64,000 bases of DNA, taken from contig OX597817.1 in NCBI GenBank assembly GCA_951406725.2, positions 61,628,001 through 61,692,000 of the forward strand. Direction: 5' to 3'. Position numbers and translations under genes: made by a program. Positions 24,601-38,265 of this stretch are shown here, piece after piece (the stretch's first letter is position 1; every line of letters starts with the position of its first letter). The DNA comes from Octopus vulgaris (taxonomy: Eukaryota). The notes beneath the pieces are model-generated. The model made no database searches. It saw only the letters and a list, made by a program, of their open reading frames with translations, and was not told the origin of the DNA.

Positions 24601-26413
24601 AACCTGTTGAGTCTATTCTCTGCTTTTACTTTTTTCGTCTTACTTTTTTTCCTCATTGAATATTGATCAGATCTGGACCAAGTTTGATTTTGTCGTTTAA
24701 CATTTTATTTTCATTTCTCTGTTGCTCTTTTTGCAGCTTTTCTATCTGTCCAACTATCTATCTACTTGTCTGTCTCTCTCTCTTTCACTCTCTCATGGCT
24801 CCACCATCTTTGTTTTAGTTCATCAAAGGCTAACATATCCTCACTGCTTTGAGAGAGATTTGATTACTATTTCTGACAGATAGTAACCACATACACTCAT
24901 TCATTGGCATGTAGTTAATGTGGTCTGGTATATATATATATATATACGTAGTGTAAGCGTAAAACAAGGTGCAGTGCAGTCTATTCTATAATTTGGAAAG
25001 GTTCCAATATTGCTCCAAGTGGATGTTTGTTGACTTATATTTCAACTTAGCACCTTAAAGAAATATCCCATCTATTGTTATTTTCATTTACAATACTAAA
25101 ATACTGTTGTTTATTTCATAAAATTCCAGTCCTTCCATCTGGTATTGAATTGTGATGGTCATAATGGTATTGTTGATTTGAACTGTTGCATTTACTTCTA
25201 ACAATGCACAGGAAATGTGTCAGTTTTCTTTCCCACTCAACTTAGCCAACAGTTATAATCCAGTATTAAAAATAAAACTATTACTGAAGGGCTATTATTG
25301 ACTGAAATTAGTAATATTAGTCAAGTTTTTTTAATCATTTTTCTTTTTCCTCTGTTGATACTACTAATAGTAACTTGTATTTCGAGTTTTGATCAAAAAG
25401 GAAACAATCACCTGATTTTGAGTTTTATACACACACACATACACTAGTCAATTCTTGACAACCTGAGTCCACAATCTAGTTTCATGTTTCCTCAATAACC
25501 TATTCATTACTTCTTTGTAGAAATTATTATTGGTGACAATCTAGTTTTAGTGTTTCATTTTCTGAATCCAAAACCACAATTCATTTTCTATTATTTCACT
25601 TCTGTGTTGAGGCATAAAAGTGCAGAAGAAAATAAAGACAAAAACAAAAGAAATTCACAACATTTACAACAACAAGACAAAACCTACTAAAATCTTCTTC
25701 CTGCCAGCTCTATTGTTAATTAACATTTTCTGATCTTACAATCAATCCCCACCCACATTCACTTCCTCTTATTATTATTTTTTTCACAGTTTTTTGTTGA
25801 TTTATTATGAACACCACACCACATCTGAGCAGTTTATTCCCACTCTTTTAGCTTATACTCATTATACTTATTATTATCATTATTATTATTATCATCCTCT
25901 TGTCCTTTCAGGATCAATAAAATAGCAGTTAAGCACTGGGAGTCAATGTAATCAACTAAGACCCTCCCCCAGAATTTCAGGCCTTGTGTGCCTATCTTAG
26001 AAACTACTACTACTGCTGCTGCTACGTTTTTGGGCAAGGCTTGTTCAAGTGGACACTGTAGAGCTGGTCAGTTGGAGATATATTTCTCTCCATATAGTTC
26101 AGTGCCTGAGTGTTTCGTGTTCAAATACTGCCAAGGGCGCTTAAATATTTATCTTTAATCTTTCCTAGGAGTTTGGACCAGTAAGATAAAATACTAATGT
26201 AGTCTTTGCATCCCTGTATCTAGCAGAATCTCATTGAGTTGATGAGAAACTCTTTTTAAAAATAAACTTTTGAGTCCATTTTTTTTTTCTTCACTGCCTT
26301 TTGTCTCAACCTAGAACGTCTCAACTGCAAAAAACATTTAAAAGTTCAGCTGTGTGTTTCAAGACTTCTCTGTAACAAAATACAGTTGGCCTCATTATAC
26401 TCTCAAACATACA

Positions 26414-26455
<42 letters not shown>

Positions 26456-28131
26456 ACACATGTTTCCATGGGGATATTCTCTCTTTGAAATTTTCAGGTA
26501 ACTGCCGTCCATTTGAGTGTTTTGGAGATAAACACTGAGATTATTGTATCCATACTAACCCATACAATATAGCTAGATATCCTCATCTGGAGTGCTTTAC
26601 ACTGGGTTCCACTTGATTCTTTGAATCCAGTTCTATATATATATATATATATAGTCTGTAGATCTGAAAAGTGGGGGGGAAAAACATCCCTTATTTGCAA
26701 AAAAGATAAAGGTGAACAACAAGAAGGGGCATCCAACAGAAACTATACCTCATTAATGTGCTCGTCCACCCCATGCTAGCCTGGAAAATCATTTGTATGA
26801 TAAATTAATTAACACAAACTCAAACTGATGTTAATTCAACTTGAAATTTCGACTTGTTTCATCTGGTGATTTCATTCACTTCTGTTTAATTAGTTTGATT
26901 TCTGTGTTTGTAAAATTTTACTCTTCTCTCTCTCTTCTGTTGGTTTTTTGTTTTTCGGTTTTTGGTAATAAAAATAGAAAGAGAAGTAAACTGGTCAAAC
27001 TTGAAGTCAACTCGTCTTTAAACCATTCCTAGTGAAAGTTCACCTTTTAAAATCTCTCTCTCCTTGATTTTCTTTCTCTTTTTTTTTCCTCTCCTTTCTT
27101 CTATAACATCACCCCAGTTTTTTTCTCTTTGATGTTAGTCATTTAGTCCGTCTGGCCTTGGAGCCACACACATTCACACATTTCTGGACATACACTGAAT
27201 AAGAAGTACTTCTGTCTTAAAGAAGAAAAAAAAAAAAGCAACCTTTTCTCCCACTCAGACACAGCATTTATGACTCTTATGCTTTCTCACACGAACACAC
27301 CCATATATATATATATATATATATAGACATTATATTTTACGCAATAAATATACACAAAGATAGAAAGCTTCTGTGAAATATTTTCTCTGGTTTGTTTTAT
27401 CATTTTACTTTTATCTGTCTCCAAATAGTAAACGGATTGTTAAGAAACTCTTATATATACACACATACACATAGGTATATTTTTTTTTCTTTCCATCTGT
27501 GACTAACTTTTATCCCTCCCCCTTCTTTCTCATTCTGCCCTAATATTTATCCGCTATACACTCAAAACTCTCTTTGTCTTTCTCACTATATATATATATA
27601 TATAGGCACTCCTCTACTTTGTTTTTTCTCTTGAATTATTTTGCAATTGGTTATTTTTTTTTTTTTTGATCAAAGACAAACCAATTTAAATTCTGTTGTA
27701 CATAACTATCCTTCTACTCTTCTTCCTCCTCCTCCTACTACTACTACTACTACTACAACACACACACACTGGTGTCTGTTAACCTTTTAAGACAAGTAGA
27801 TTCTCAAAATTTTGTTAATTCTTTTTGTACTTTTCATTTATACACACACACACACTCTCTCTTATTCACACTCAGTTGTTTTATTTGTTTAATACTTTTA
27901 CAAATATTATTTCCCCTCTTCTTCCCACTCACCCTGCCACCTACTTCACTGCATTTTTTTTTATTCATAGCACTTTAACACAACCTCATGCTTTTCTGAG
28001 AAATTTTTCAAAGCTTAACAACAAAAAAAGGGAGGGAAAAAGTGTGAGGAGATAGAGAGAAAAAAACAATTTTTTTTTTTATTATTTAAACTATACTGTC
28101 ATTTTGATTTCTTCATATTTTGACTGTGAAA

Positions 28132-28690
28132 ATGTTTTGTTGTACTGGTTGTAGGAAATCTAAATCGAAGAAGATTTTGCAAGTAACACCAGACAACAAG
28201 AATTCTGAAAATCCAATTTACAAGTCAGGAAACGGAGTTGAGCCACCAATTGTTGAGAAAGTAGAACTTGACCTTCAAACAAAACGAGCCAGCGTAGAAA
28301 CAACAGACATCAAAAAAGAGACTGCACCTGATCCAGTTGCATCTTCTAAAGAAAATACTTCTACCTCAGAAGCAAAGGCTAAAGAATTTAAACAGGACAT
28401 TGTGAAAAAGCCCAGCAGTGAACAACCAGTTTCCTCTCTACCGTTTGCAAGTGAACTTATTAAAGCATCACAAAAAAGAGAAAAACGTATTGCCAGTGAG
28501 CTATCCAACGCTCTTGCTATTGCTGCTGAAGAAAGAGCTCGACTCAATTCTGGCGAAATGTCAGCTGAGCAAATGATAAAATCAATTGAGCGTCTTGAGA
28601 CGGCGGTGGTGAGCCTGGAACGGGTATCCACACGGCTTGAGACTATTGCCAACACTTCCGGAAAGTTAGTTAATGCAGGCAACTCTGAAG
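28132..28690 (+). CDS. CAP: Putative first coding exon of adenylyl cyclase-associated protein (CAP/Srv2 family), with a long N-terminal extension; partial gene
   Basis: Non-repetitive ORF starting AAAATG (MFCCTGCRKSKSKK); internal ATG 28558 begins MSAEQMIKSIERLETAVVSLERVSTRLETIA, resembling the CAP N-terminal RLE coiled coil (human CAP1 LVERLERAVGRLEAVS); strong donor GAAG|GTAAGA, phase 1. Downstream CAP exons not found in the window. Confidence 0.68.
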
Positions 28691-30150
28691 GTAAGAAATT
28701 AAATTTCTCTTTTTATCCCCCCACCTCCTTTCTTTATTATTAGGAAAAGATCAAGTGCTTCCAGTTGACCTCAAAGAACTTTTCCCAGCTAAGATTCACT
28801 GAAGTTCCCACATCTCTTTCTAACAGCTAAGTAAACTTAAGTATTACAGAAATAAGTTTTCGGTCCAAATATTCAACAGAACACCTGCAAGACATAAAAA
28901 CTTGTAGATTTATGCCTTATCAGTTCAGCTATTTCACTTCTATATATGGTTGCACTCCAACTTCTAACAGGGCCTCTGCCGTGGTTTCAACACCTTAGGT
29001 CAGCCCTGCAGTGTGTGCCTCCTTTTCTTTTGGCCCTCCACTATGCAACCCCTTCTCTCATCCATACAATGTACACCCACTTCCCTCAATCCTACAGTAT
29101 GCTCCCTCTTCTCCCTGACCCATAGTGTGTGCCCCTTCTCTAATTATTCCCTACAACTTCCCCCAACCATTACCCTCTATCACACTAGCTGAAAACGGCA
29201 CCTGGATATTCTGATTAAACATGAGGTCTATAGTTTTATGCTCATTTTGTGTATCACCAAGTAAATTTCTTATCTGGCATAATTTGAAGCGTTTCATGCC
29301 GTGACTGGACATAACCCCATAAAAGCCTATTATCTACTACAATCTACTAACCCAGTCGTATGTCTTGTTGAGTTTCATGCTTTAGGTTAAATTAAGAAAT
29401 TTTATGTTCAGTTGCTGCATACTCTATTCAGGATTAAAAGTATCTAAACTATTAATTTGTTGGAATAGTGGAATTGTCTTACCATTTTCTAAGTCGTGCA
29501 ATCCTGCTGTAAAACAGCCAGTGTGGCTTATTACTGATCAGGGGCAAATCAAATCTAAAATGGCTATATAGTGCTAGATAATTGGTCTCCGGTTCAAATC
29601 CATTGTTGGCACTGTAATAATGTCATTAGACAGGACACTTAATTTTGGCCACTTCAACCAAGTGATTGTTATCACTCAGTAGAAGTTATTTTTTTATATT
29701 ACCAGGGATGGTCTGGCATCCCTTTCCAAAAGAGATTTTTGCCCAATGCCCTGATATTTTAGCTATCCCTTATGTTAGTTTCCGTAGATGTGATTGATAG
29801 CTCCTTTTAGCAAGGTGACCTAATTAGCAGTGGAGGAGAGTGTTTCAAAGTATAGTAGTCGGAATACGAATCGAAGGGTGGAGTTTAGAAAGCTCTTGAC
29901 TCTATTAGCAACAAAAAAGAAACTCTGTCTCCAATTGAAGTTTGATACTGCATGGGACCAAAATATTAGTATTGAATGCAAAGGATGTACAAAAATTGGA
30001 AATGGATGACGCACGCATGTTTTGCTAGGCATGTAATTTGTGTGTGCATGATTGACAGATGACAAATGAATCGAGAGAAAAACAAGGTGTGAGAGGAAAG
30101 TTCTTAGATGGAGATCGTGTGTTTGAAAGGTGACAGACATGTAAAGAAGT

Positions 30151-30470
30151 CATCATCATCATTTAACATCCACTTTCGATGCTAGCATGGGTTGGACGAT
30201 TTGACTGAGGTCTGGCGAACCAGACTCCAATCTGATCTAGCAGAGTTTCTACAGCTGGATGCCCTTCCTAACGCCAACCACTCTGAGAGTGTAGTGGGTG
30301 CTTTTATGTGCCACTGGCACGAGGGCCAGTTTGGTGATACTGGAAACGGCCACGCCCAAATGGTGCTTTTTACGTGCCACCTGCACAGGAGCCAGTCCAG
30401 CTGCACTGGCAATGACCTCGCTCAAATATTTCACATGCCACGAGTACAAGTGCTAGTAAGGCAATGCAGT
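30151..30470 (-). mobile_element. RTE LINE 3' UTR copy (diverged subfamily)
   Basis: CATCATCATCATTTAACATCC...CTACAGCTGGATGCCCTTCCTAACGCCAACCAC...GGTGCTTTTTACGTGCCAC. Confidence 0.85.
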
Positions 30471-31454
30471 AAAGTGCTAGTAAGGCAACGCCCCAACCAA
30501 TTCAGGGCAAAGACCAAAAAATATGTTGTAAGTTGATGGTACACCATGACACATTTTCACCACGATCTTTCTCTTCCAAGTGGGGTGACCATGCATCTCA
30601 CCCACAGCATCATACCCATTCCTGTCATACTTTAACTTCTGATTATCTGGCATAAAACCACCTCCCTCAATACTGCTCTCCCACCTCAGTTGAGAGATTT
30701 TGTCTTGTGAATTACTTGTTGACTTCACTAGTGCCAGATAAAAAGGACCCAGTACACCCTGTAAAGTGGTTGGTGTTTGGAAGGGAATCCAGCCAGTGAA
30801 AACCTGCTATGGCAGACATTGGAAATTGATGTAGTTCTCTGGCTTGCCAATTCCTGTTGAACTGTCCAACCCATGCCAGCATGGAGAATGGATTCTACAT
30901 GATGGTGATGATGAGGTAATAAAGGGCGATATCAAGAAGCATTCCGGCTGGATTCCCAAAATATCACTGACTCAGACTATGGATATTATCCAAGTAACTT
31001 ATTCTACCCTTAGATCTCCTGCCAGTTGGCTTGTCTTGAATCTGTTTTCTGATTCTTTCCTCTGACAGTCTAACCACATGGCCATAGCTGTGATCTCTTA
31101 TGTAATTCAATATTTCCAAAGGTGTTTACTAAAAACTAAGATTTTCTGTACATCTTTGAATTTTTTTTTTTTTAATTTCCAATCATTATAACAACCATGA
31201 AAAAGAAATTGCATTCTTATGTAACGATGGACCCATTTCATTTCATTCCTTAGGCAACTGTTTCTGTTTGTTTATTTCCATTATAAATGTAGCTTTTCCA
31301 ATGTATTGAATAGAAAGGAATTAACAACCAAATTATTTATTTAAAAAAGCAAAATTTCAAAGACTATCTTTTTCTCATAAACATACTGATTAAAAATAAA
31401 TTGCATGATCATCAACCCATGTGAGTGTAGAGAATGGATATGATGAAGTGGTCA

Positions 31455-31850
31455 TCATCATTGTTTTAATGTCCTCTTCTCCATGCTTGCATGGCTGAGA
31501 TGGAGTTTGTTGAGGCAGATTTTCTACTGGTGGATGCTCTTCCTGTCATCAACCCGTGCCTGTTTCCGAGGAAGGTAATATTTTCCCCCCGTGACCAGAC
31601 ATATTTTCACAGGACATTGGAAATGAATGACACTGCTTGTATAACAAGGATAATCCTTTACAACTGTTACACCATGCCAAATCAAGGACACACACACACA
31701 CATATGATGGATTTTTTTTTTTAGTTTCCATCAACGAAAAATCCATTCTGAAGGCCTTAGTTGGTATGGGACTACTGTAGACACATGTTCTAGGTGCCAA
31801 GCAGTGGGACTGAACTTGGAATCATGTGGTTGGGAACCACACACCTGTGC
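31455..31850 (-). mobile_element. Head-1 SINE with RTE-type tail
   Basis: Reverse-complement match to 35622-36063; GTGGGACTGAAC head at about 31804. Confidence 0.78.
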
Positions 31851-34799
31851 CTGCCACTATCTGGGTGGTAAAACACTGCCTCAAAAAATAAACAGATAAA
31901 AAAACATGCAACTCATACCAGCATGGAAAAGCAAACTAAAAATGATGATGATGATCTCCAGCTCCAGAAGTTTCTTTACTATCAGAGCAGACATTCAAGT
32001 AATCAGTGAAGTAAAGAAACTGGATAAAAACAGTGTTTTCGGTTTTCTGTTTTGATTGTTGAATGTGTTGAGTTGGGGGAAATAATGGTTGGGACGATGG
32101 AGTGTAAAAACGGTCTGTGTCGTCACAGAAACCCTTCTGACATTTGTTGTTTACTATCTTCCATCACCTACAAATATTATGCCTTGGTTCTAGAGAATTC
32201 CATCCTTCAAAAACAAACAAAAAAAAAACAGTGGGGTAAAAAAATAAAGCAAAGAAAAAATATGAAACCTCACACACCTACCAAAACCACTGCTATGTTG
32301 ACAACTTTGCTGGATTCCAATTCTCTGTTGAGTTGCTGACCAATTGCAGTTAATTGAAGAATTGGACATTGGTAGAAGCTAGTCCTGTCCATTATGTCTG
32401 TGTATTGTCCAGCCATCATTACAAATTATATGGGTATAAAGTAGTTCCAGTGCTGAAGACAAAACACACCAGTTGGTGCCAGACTCTGTGCTGCTTCTTT
32501 GAAAAAGTGTTAATGTCTCTTAATTTGCTAAGAGCTTCAAAAGTCAGTACTTAACTGTGCATTTGTGGAACTAGGTAGATAAACATTGCTCACTCTCTGT
32601 TGTCACTATTCCCAGTTCTCTCCCTCACACATTATCACCATCAGCGTCTTTCTTTTCCAACTGGGTTAACTATGTCTCTCCCTGACGGCAAGACACCTGT
32701 TCTTGTCTCTCTATCACACTTTAGCCTCACATCACCTGGCTAAAACCTCCCACTTTCTTCTATGCTACTCCCTCCCCCTTGGTTTTGTCTTGTTACTAAG
32801 CGACTTTACTTGTGCCAGTGCTTTGTAAAAAAGTACACTCTGTGGAAGTGGTTAGTATTAAAAAGGGCACCCAGCTATAGAAACCATGTTAAAGGAGACA
32901 CTGGAATATGGTGCAGTCCTCTGGCTTTCCAGTTCTTGTCAGATTGTCCAATCCACACCAACATGGAAAAAAAATGTTAAACGATGATTATGATTGCTAA
33001 CCTGTTTGCTAAATGGATTGAGACAAAATATACTTGCCAACAATGCCTGCAGGGAGTTTGAACTTAGTTCGGTCAGTGCCATATCTTAGATTATTTTGTT
33101 TTATTTATGTCAACAACACCACCATACCATTCAACAATATCCTTTCTTTATTTGCCATCAACTCTCCTTTATAATGCATAGTGGAAAATGGCTGCTCATA
33201 GAATGTGTAGTCTTAATCTTTAGCCCCATGGAGAAGGAGCACGGAATCTTAGTGCTCCACTGATATTGGTTAGAGAAAAGGGAACATGGTAGGAAACAGA
33301 AAACAGGGTCTTAACATTTACTTAACTGCAATGGAACTTGGAGTTTCTAGAAAATTTGTAAAGATTTTATATTTGTATAGTTTGAAGAGCAAAAGTGATA
33401 GTAATGATTTCAGACTCTCTCCAACTGGAAGCTGAATATCACAGATATGGCTACAGTACTAAAGGTAGTAAAAAAAAGTTGGTATGAGGAAAATTTGGCT
33501 ACTGTTGATAATAATTATTTACTCAGTAAATTTTCTGATGTCAACCATTTCAAAATAACTGTTCCAAAGTTTCTACATTGCTCTTAGAGTTTATAGAATG
33601 TCTTGATTGTGGAACCTGATTTGCAAGTTAGTAATCCATTTGCAAACTGCCTCAGATATGGCCAAGTGAATTGTTTTTATGACCTGACTTTATTTAGCTT
33701 CTGCTCAAAGGATACTACATCAAAAATAGGATAGTTTGTGAGTATAACGATATATACAAATGGAAGTATTAAGTGCTGTTATAATTACAAGAACTTGTAA
33801 TTATTGACGTAATTAATAATTTCTGTGTAATACCTTATATGGTATTTGTGTATTCATGGGTGTATATATATATATGAATTTATACAGACACTCATTGTCA
33901 TTTTCCATCCTGTTTTTTTCCATGCTAGCATAAACACACACACACACCAATCAACAATACATGTAACATACATCACAAACACAGATTCCTACAATCTTGT
34001 TTGTTTCTTTTATAACAAAACAATGGGGAAATACTCTCTACAGGTGAACTTTGACTCACCCTCCCTCTCTCCCTCCATCACAATATATCCTTAATATTCC
34101 AATGGTAGAAATGAAAGGGTGTTTCGGTTTTCAATCCTATCCTATAGGTTCTAATTACAGTTAAATGAAAACACGGTTTGTCCATCTTGATAGAGTTTTG
34201 AGTCATATTGGTACACTTAATCCAGAGACTCATACTTCAGTAACACTTGAGTGCTAACGAAAAAAATAGTTCTATATATGTATATATCATCATCATCATA
34301 ATGTCCACTGTTTTCATGCTGGCATGGATTGGATGGTTCAACCAGAACCTGCGGGCCAGAGTTCTGCACCAAGCTCCATTTGTCAGCTTTAGCATGGTTC
34401 CTGCAACTGGATGACCTTCCCAATGCTGACCACTTTACAGAGTGAACTGAATGCTTTTTAAAGGGCTTTAGCTCTAGTGAGGTCCAGCAACTTGTATGAC
34501 AAAACCCTTCTGGTGAGTGGAGGGAATGGTATTGAGGGGAGAGGCTTTATAGCAGGTAATGGGAGTGGTGTCGAAACGGGTGGATTTCTGTGGAGGCGGT
34601 ACATGGTTACCCCAGTTGGAAAAGAAAGAGGATGGTGTTGAAGATGGGTCAAGGCATCCCCTCAAGTTACAGGAAGATCTATTTTCCTGTAAAACAATAT
34701 CAACCTCATAAGGATGAATGGCAGAATTAACCTGATGATGATTTCAAGTCACAACACTAAGAGTTGACAAATAACAAAGCATTTTCTCAAATTCTACCA

Positions 34800-35090
34800 A
34801 TCATCATCATCATTGAACATCCGTTGTCCATGCTGGCACAGGTTGGGCAGGTTGGGCAGCTGGTAAGCTGGAAGGCTGCACCAGACTCCAGTCTGATTTG
34901 GCATGGTTCTCTATGACTGGATGCCAGTATCTGCCATGACTGCGATTTTGCTTGGCTTGATGGGTCTTCTTCTCAAGCATGACATAATACCAAATGGTCT
35001 CAGTCACTTTCTCTCTGTGAGGTCCAGCGCTCGAAAGGAACTCACTCACTTTCCCTCTGTGAGGTCCAACGCTCGAAAGGTGCTCTTTAC
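34800..35090 (-). mobile_element. Internally deleted RTE 3' fragment with a 42-bp tandem duplication
   Basis: (ATC)n tail and CACCAGACTCCAGTCTGATTTGGC; duplicated CTCA(G/C)TCACTTT..CTCTGTGAGGTCCA(G/A)CGCTCGAAAGG at about 34999-35080. Confidence 0.7.
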
Positions 35091-35621
35091 ATGCTCATCA
35101 TTGTTTAATGTCTTCCTTCCATGTTGGCATGGGTTGGAGGGTTTGACAGGAGCCTGCACCAGACTTCTGTGTTTGTTTTTCACAGCTAGATGCTCTTCCT
35201 AACACCAGCCACTCCACAGAGTGCCACTGCCTCAAAATATATTTAATCATGAGAGTCTCTATTATATTTTGTAGCAGATGAATAAAAGCATACTTAATGC
35301 ACGGAGCAGTTGAACATTGAAGTGAAATGTATAATGTGTTGAGGAAAAAGTCTTCTCAGCCCAGGACATCTGTTTACCAGTATTTATGGGTGACAACTCC
35401 AGACATGTTTTTGGATGTTTGAAATTTAGCAAAAGTATGACCTTACTGCAGCTTGATAAACTGATAGCAAACAAATTAATAAGTGAGTGGACAGAAGTAA
35501 AGTTTGAAGGTATTAAAACTAAATTTGTTTAGAAATTATATAGTTTGAGATGACATCTTCTTGATGAACAATAGGTAAGTGCGTTAAAATGTTGAAGTAA
35601 GCTAAAATAATGTAGTGAGAA

Positions 35622-35767
35622 AAATGGTGAAGAAGCTTACTTCCCAAATTCTTGGTTTTGAGTTCAGTGCCACTGTGTGGCACTTTGGGCAAGTATCTTC
35701 TACTCTTGCCCTAGATTGCTCAAAGTTGTGTAAATGGACTTGGTTAGTGGAAACAGTAAGAAGCTCA

Positions 35768-35808
<41 letters not shown>

Positions 35809-36063
35809 TGTGTTCATATGTGTATGAATGTATCTCTTGATATCATGGTTGTAAATGAGTATTGCTGCTTTACAAGCAATGTTATTCATTTCTGCTATTC
35901 TGCTGCACACGTCTGGCCATGGGGAAATATTACTTTGCTGGGAAATAGGTGAGGGTGGGTGACAGGAAGTGCATCCAGCCATAGAAAATCTGCTTTGATA
36001 AATTGTGCCTAATCCATGCAAGCATTTAAAAGTAGACATTAAAACAAGAATGATGATGATGAT
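35622..36063 (+). mobile_element. Head-1 SINE with RTE-type tail
   Basis: GAGTTCAGTGCC head, internal (CA)n, GACAGGAAGTGCATCCAGCCATAGAAAATC...(TGA)n tail. Confidence 0.82.
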
Positions 36064-36835
36064 TTCTGAATTTCTTTCAAACTCATATTTTACAAAGGAA
36101 ATTTTAAGTCCAGTTTCATCAACTAAATTCAGATTTTAACTTGAATGTGTGCATGTGTGCATTCATATATTTTACCAACCCCATAACTTTGCATTTCGGT
36201 TGGAATAAGTAATTAATACTCCATAATTAATGCTGTTGTTGTTGTCGTCGTCCTAGGCACAAACGTAACTGCAGTAAAATCCAAACTCTAAGGAAAATGC
36301 TGATAGTCTACATTGATATTAGAATGGTTTTCTTTTATAACAACAGTTAATGCATCCAGCAGCTGTGAGAGTTTATAGATCCTTCTCTCGTTAGATCAAT
36401 TATATGTAATAGTAGCATACTTTTATGAGAGAGTTTCCAACCAGCTGTGGCTTAGAGACTATTTACTCATTCACTAAGCAAAGAGTTTACAGGCAAAAGA
36501 GGTATTCTGTTATAAATTCCATGATGTGTGTTGAACACGATTATGATGGGTCAATAGGAAACTGGATTAGCAGCCAAGAGACTTGACATTCATAGTTTGT
36601 TGTTGTAAGCACTGGGTATCTTCTTGACGAAGATACTTCACCAAGAATTTATATTTTACGGTATTTGATATACTTGTATTTATCTATTTGGTCCAAATAC
36701 ATGCCACTGGCCACTCTGACTTTTTTCTCTGAACTCTTTTTTGTGCAAATTGTACAAATTACAAATTACCTGGGGCATAAATGTGTCTATTCCTTTTTTT
36801 GTATAAGTCTAAAGTCCATTGGCTGCTTAAGGTAG

Positions 36836-36880
36836 GTTGTGCTGATGACGCCTATTGAGGCAGAAACTTATGTCCACAAC
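36836..36880 (+). ncRNA. Minimal type I hammerhead ribozyme motif
   Basis: GTTGTG-CTGATGA-C-GCCT-ATTG-AGGC-A-GAAA-C-TTAT-G-TC-CACAAC: perfect 6-bp stem I, intact CUGAUGA/GAAA core, 4-bp stem II, minimal stem III, GUC cleavage triplet at 36872-36874; C/A mismatch at the base of stem II. Confidence 0.72.
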
Positions 36881-37929
36881 TGTCCTCTTATCTGCAGACA
36901 GTAAGCCAATTCTTTCTTTTCCTTAATGGTCTATCAGTTTCAGAAAATCTTTGATACTTGAGGTTATCTCCTCATGTGAAGCTGGTTTTAATTGCCATTT
37001 GGTAATTGATACATCCTCTGGTGGAGATAAATTTAATAAATCAATAATTTTGTATGGTATTTGATATACTTGTATTTGTTCTCGTTGTCTCTAGTTCAAA
37101 GCCATAAGCAATGGCAGCAGCAGCATTGGTTTGTTGGCATACAGTGCTAAGTTGAAGACTTCTTCCTGTAGTAAAACTTCACTTTCAACTGAGCATCAAG
37201 TAGATTCGTTTCTCATCCAGAAAATCAATCAAAAAGTTTGTCTTTAAGCAACTCAGTACTATGGGAACCAGAGATAATCTCCAATTTCATGGATCTGGAA
37301 GGTTTGCAAAAGGATTAACTTTATCATAAAAAGGTGTCCTTGCTAGGATTAACTTCATTGCATCCCATTCAGGGAGGGTGTTGTGACTTTTGTCATTTAA
37401 ATGCCATGGAAACTGGGTAACCAGTCCTATGAGTCCTTGAACTTAAGACAATAACACCCTGGGGTGATGAGGAAACTACATAGAAGCTTCTCGATGGGTT
37501 CCCTGTTCCCATTTGCTGTCATGTTAAAGCAAAAGGTTTACAGCCACAAAAAGTGGAGCAGTGTTGAATTAAAAAAGAAGGAAAAAATTGCAGCATTTAA
37601 TATTCTCTTTCTGTATTTGGTGTTCAGCCATGCATGGGTTGACCAGGGTCAATAAAATCAATACCAAAGGTTTTGTTGATGAAATCAATCAATAAGCATG
37701 AACAGTGGAAGTCATTTTATTATTTATTGGGAGGTTGACATTCAACAATCGATCACAGTTGGATTTGCAATCTGAACTCAGATCAATACAGTTCAATATT
37801 GTAAGGAATTGAGTCCAATTCTCTAAAAAAGAATAAATTGTGTCAAGTGTGGGTATGAAAAACTTGCATGTGGAGAATCCTATCAGTCTTGGAACAAAGA
37901 AAATGGTAAATATTTTGTTTGCCTCTTCA

Positions 37930-38265
37930 ATAGTTGTGTTTCAGTCCTGTGACTGCAGCCATGCTGGAGACAACCTTGATGGATTTAGTTGAACAAACCA
38001 GCCCCAGTACTTATTGTATTGATCTCTTTTGTAGAACTGCTAAGTTACAACAATGTAAACAAATCAATTCAAATGTTGCTGGTGGTGATGAAAGACAATG
38101 ACATCGCACACACACACACAGCAGGTTCCTCAGAGTTTCTCCCTACCAAATTCACTCAGAAGGCATTTGTTGGCCTAGGGCTAATCACAGACACTTGCCC
38201 AAGGTGTCTCATACTGGGACTGAACCCGAAACTCTGTGGTTACAGAACAAGCTTCTTAACCACTG
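37930..38265 (-). mobile_element. Head-1 SINE with CR1-like tail
   Basis: GTTTCAGTC...GACTGCAGCCATGCTGGAG tail; ACACTTGCCCAAGG...GGGACTGAACCC head. Confidence 0.78.

Noticed and set aside
28275-28682. 135-aa minus-strand ORF
   Set aside because: It is the antisense shadow of the CAP-like exon.
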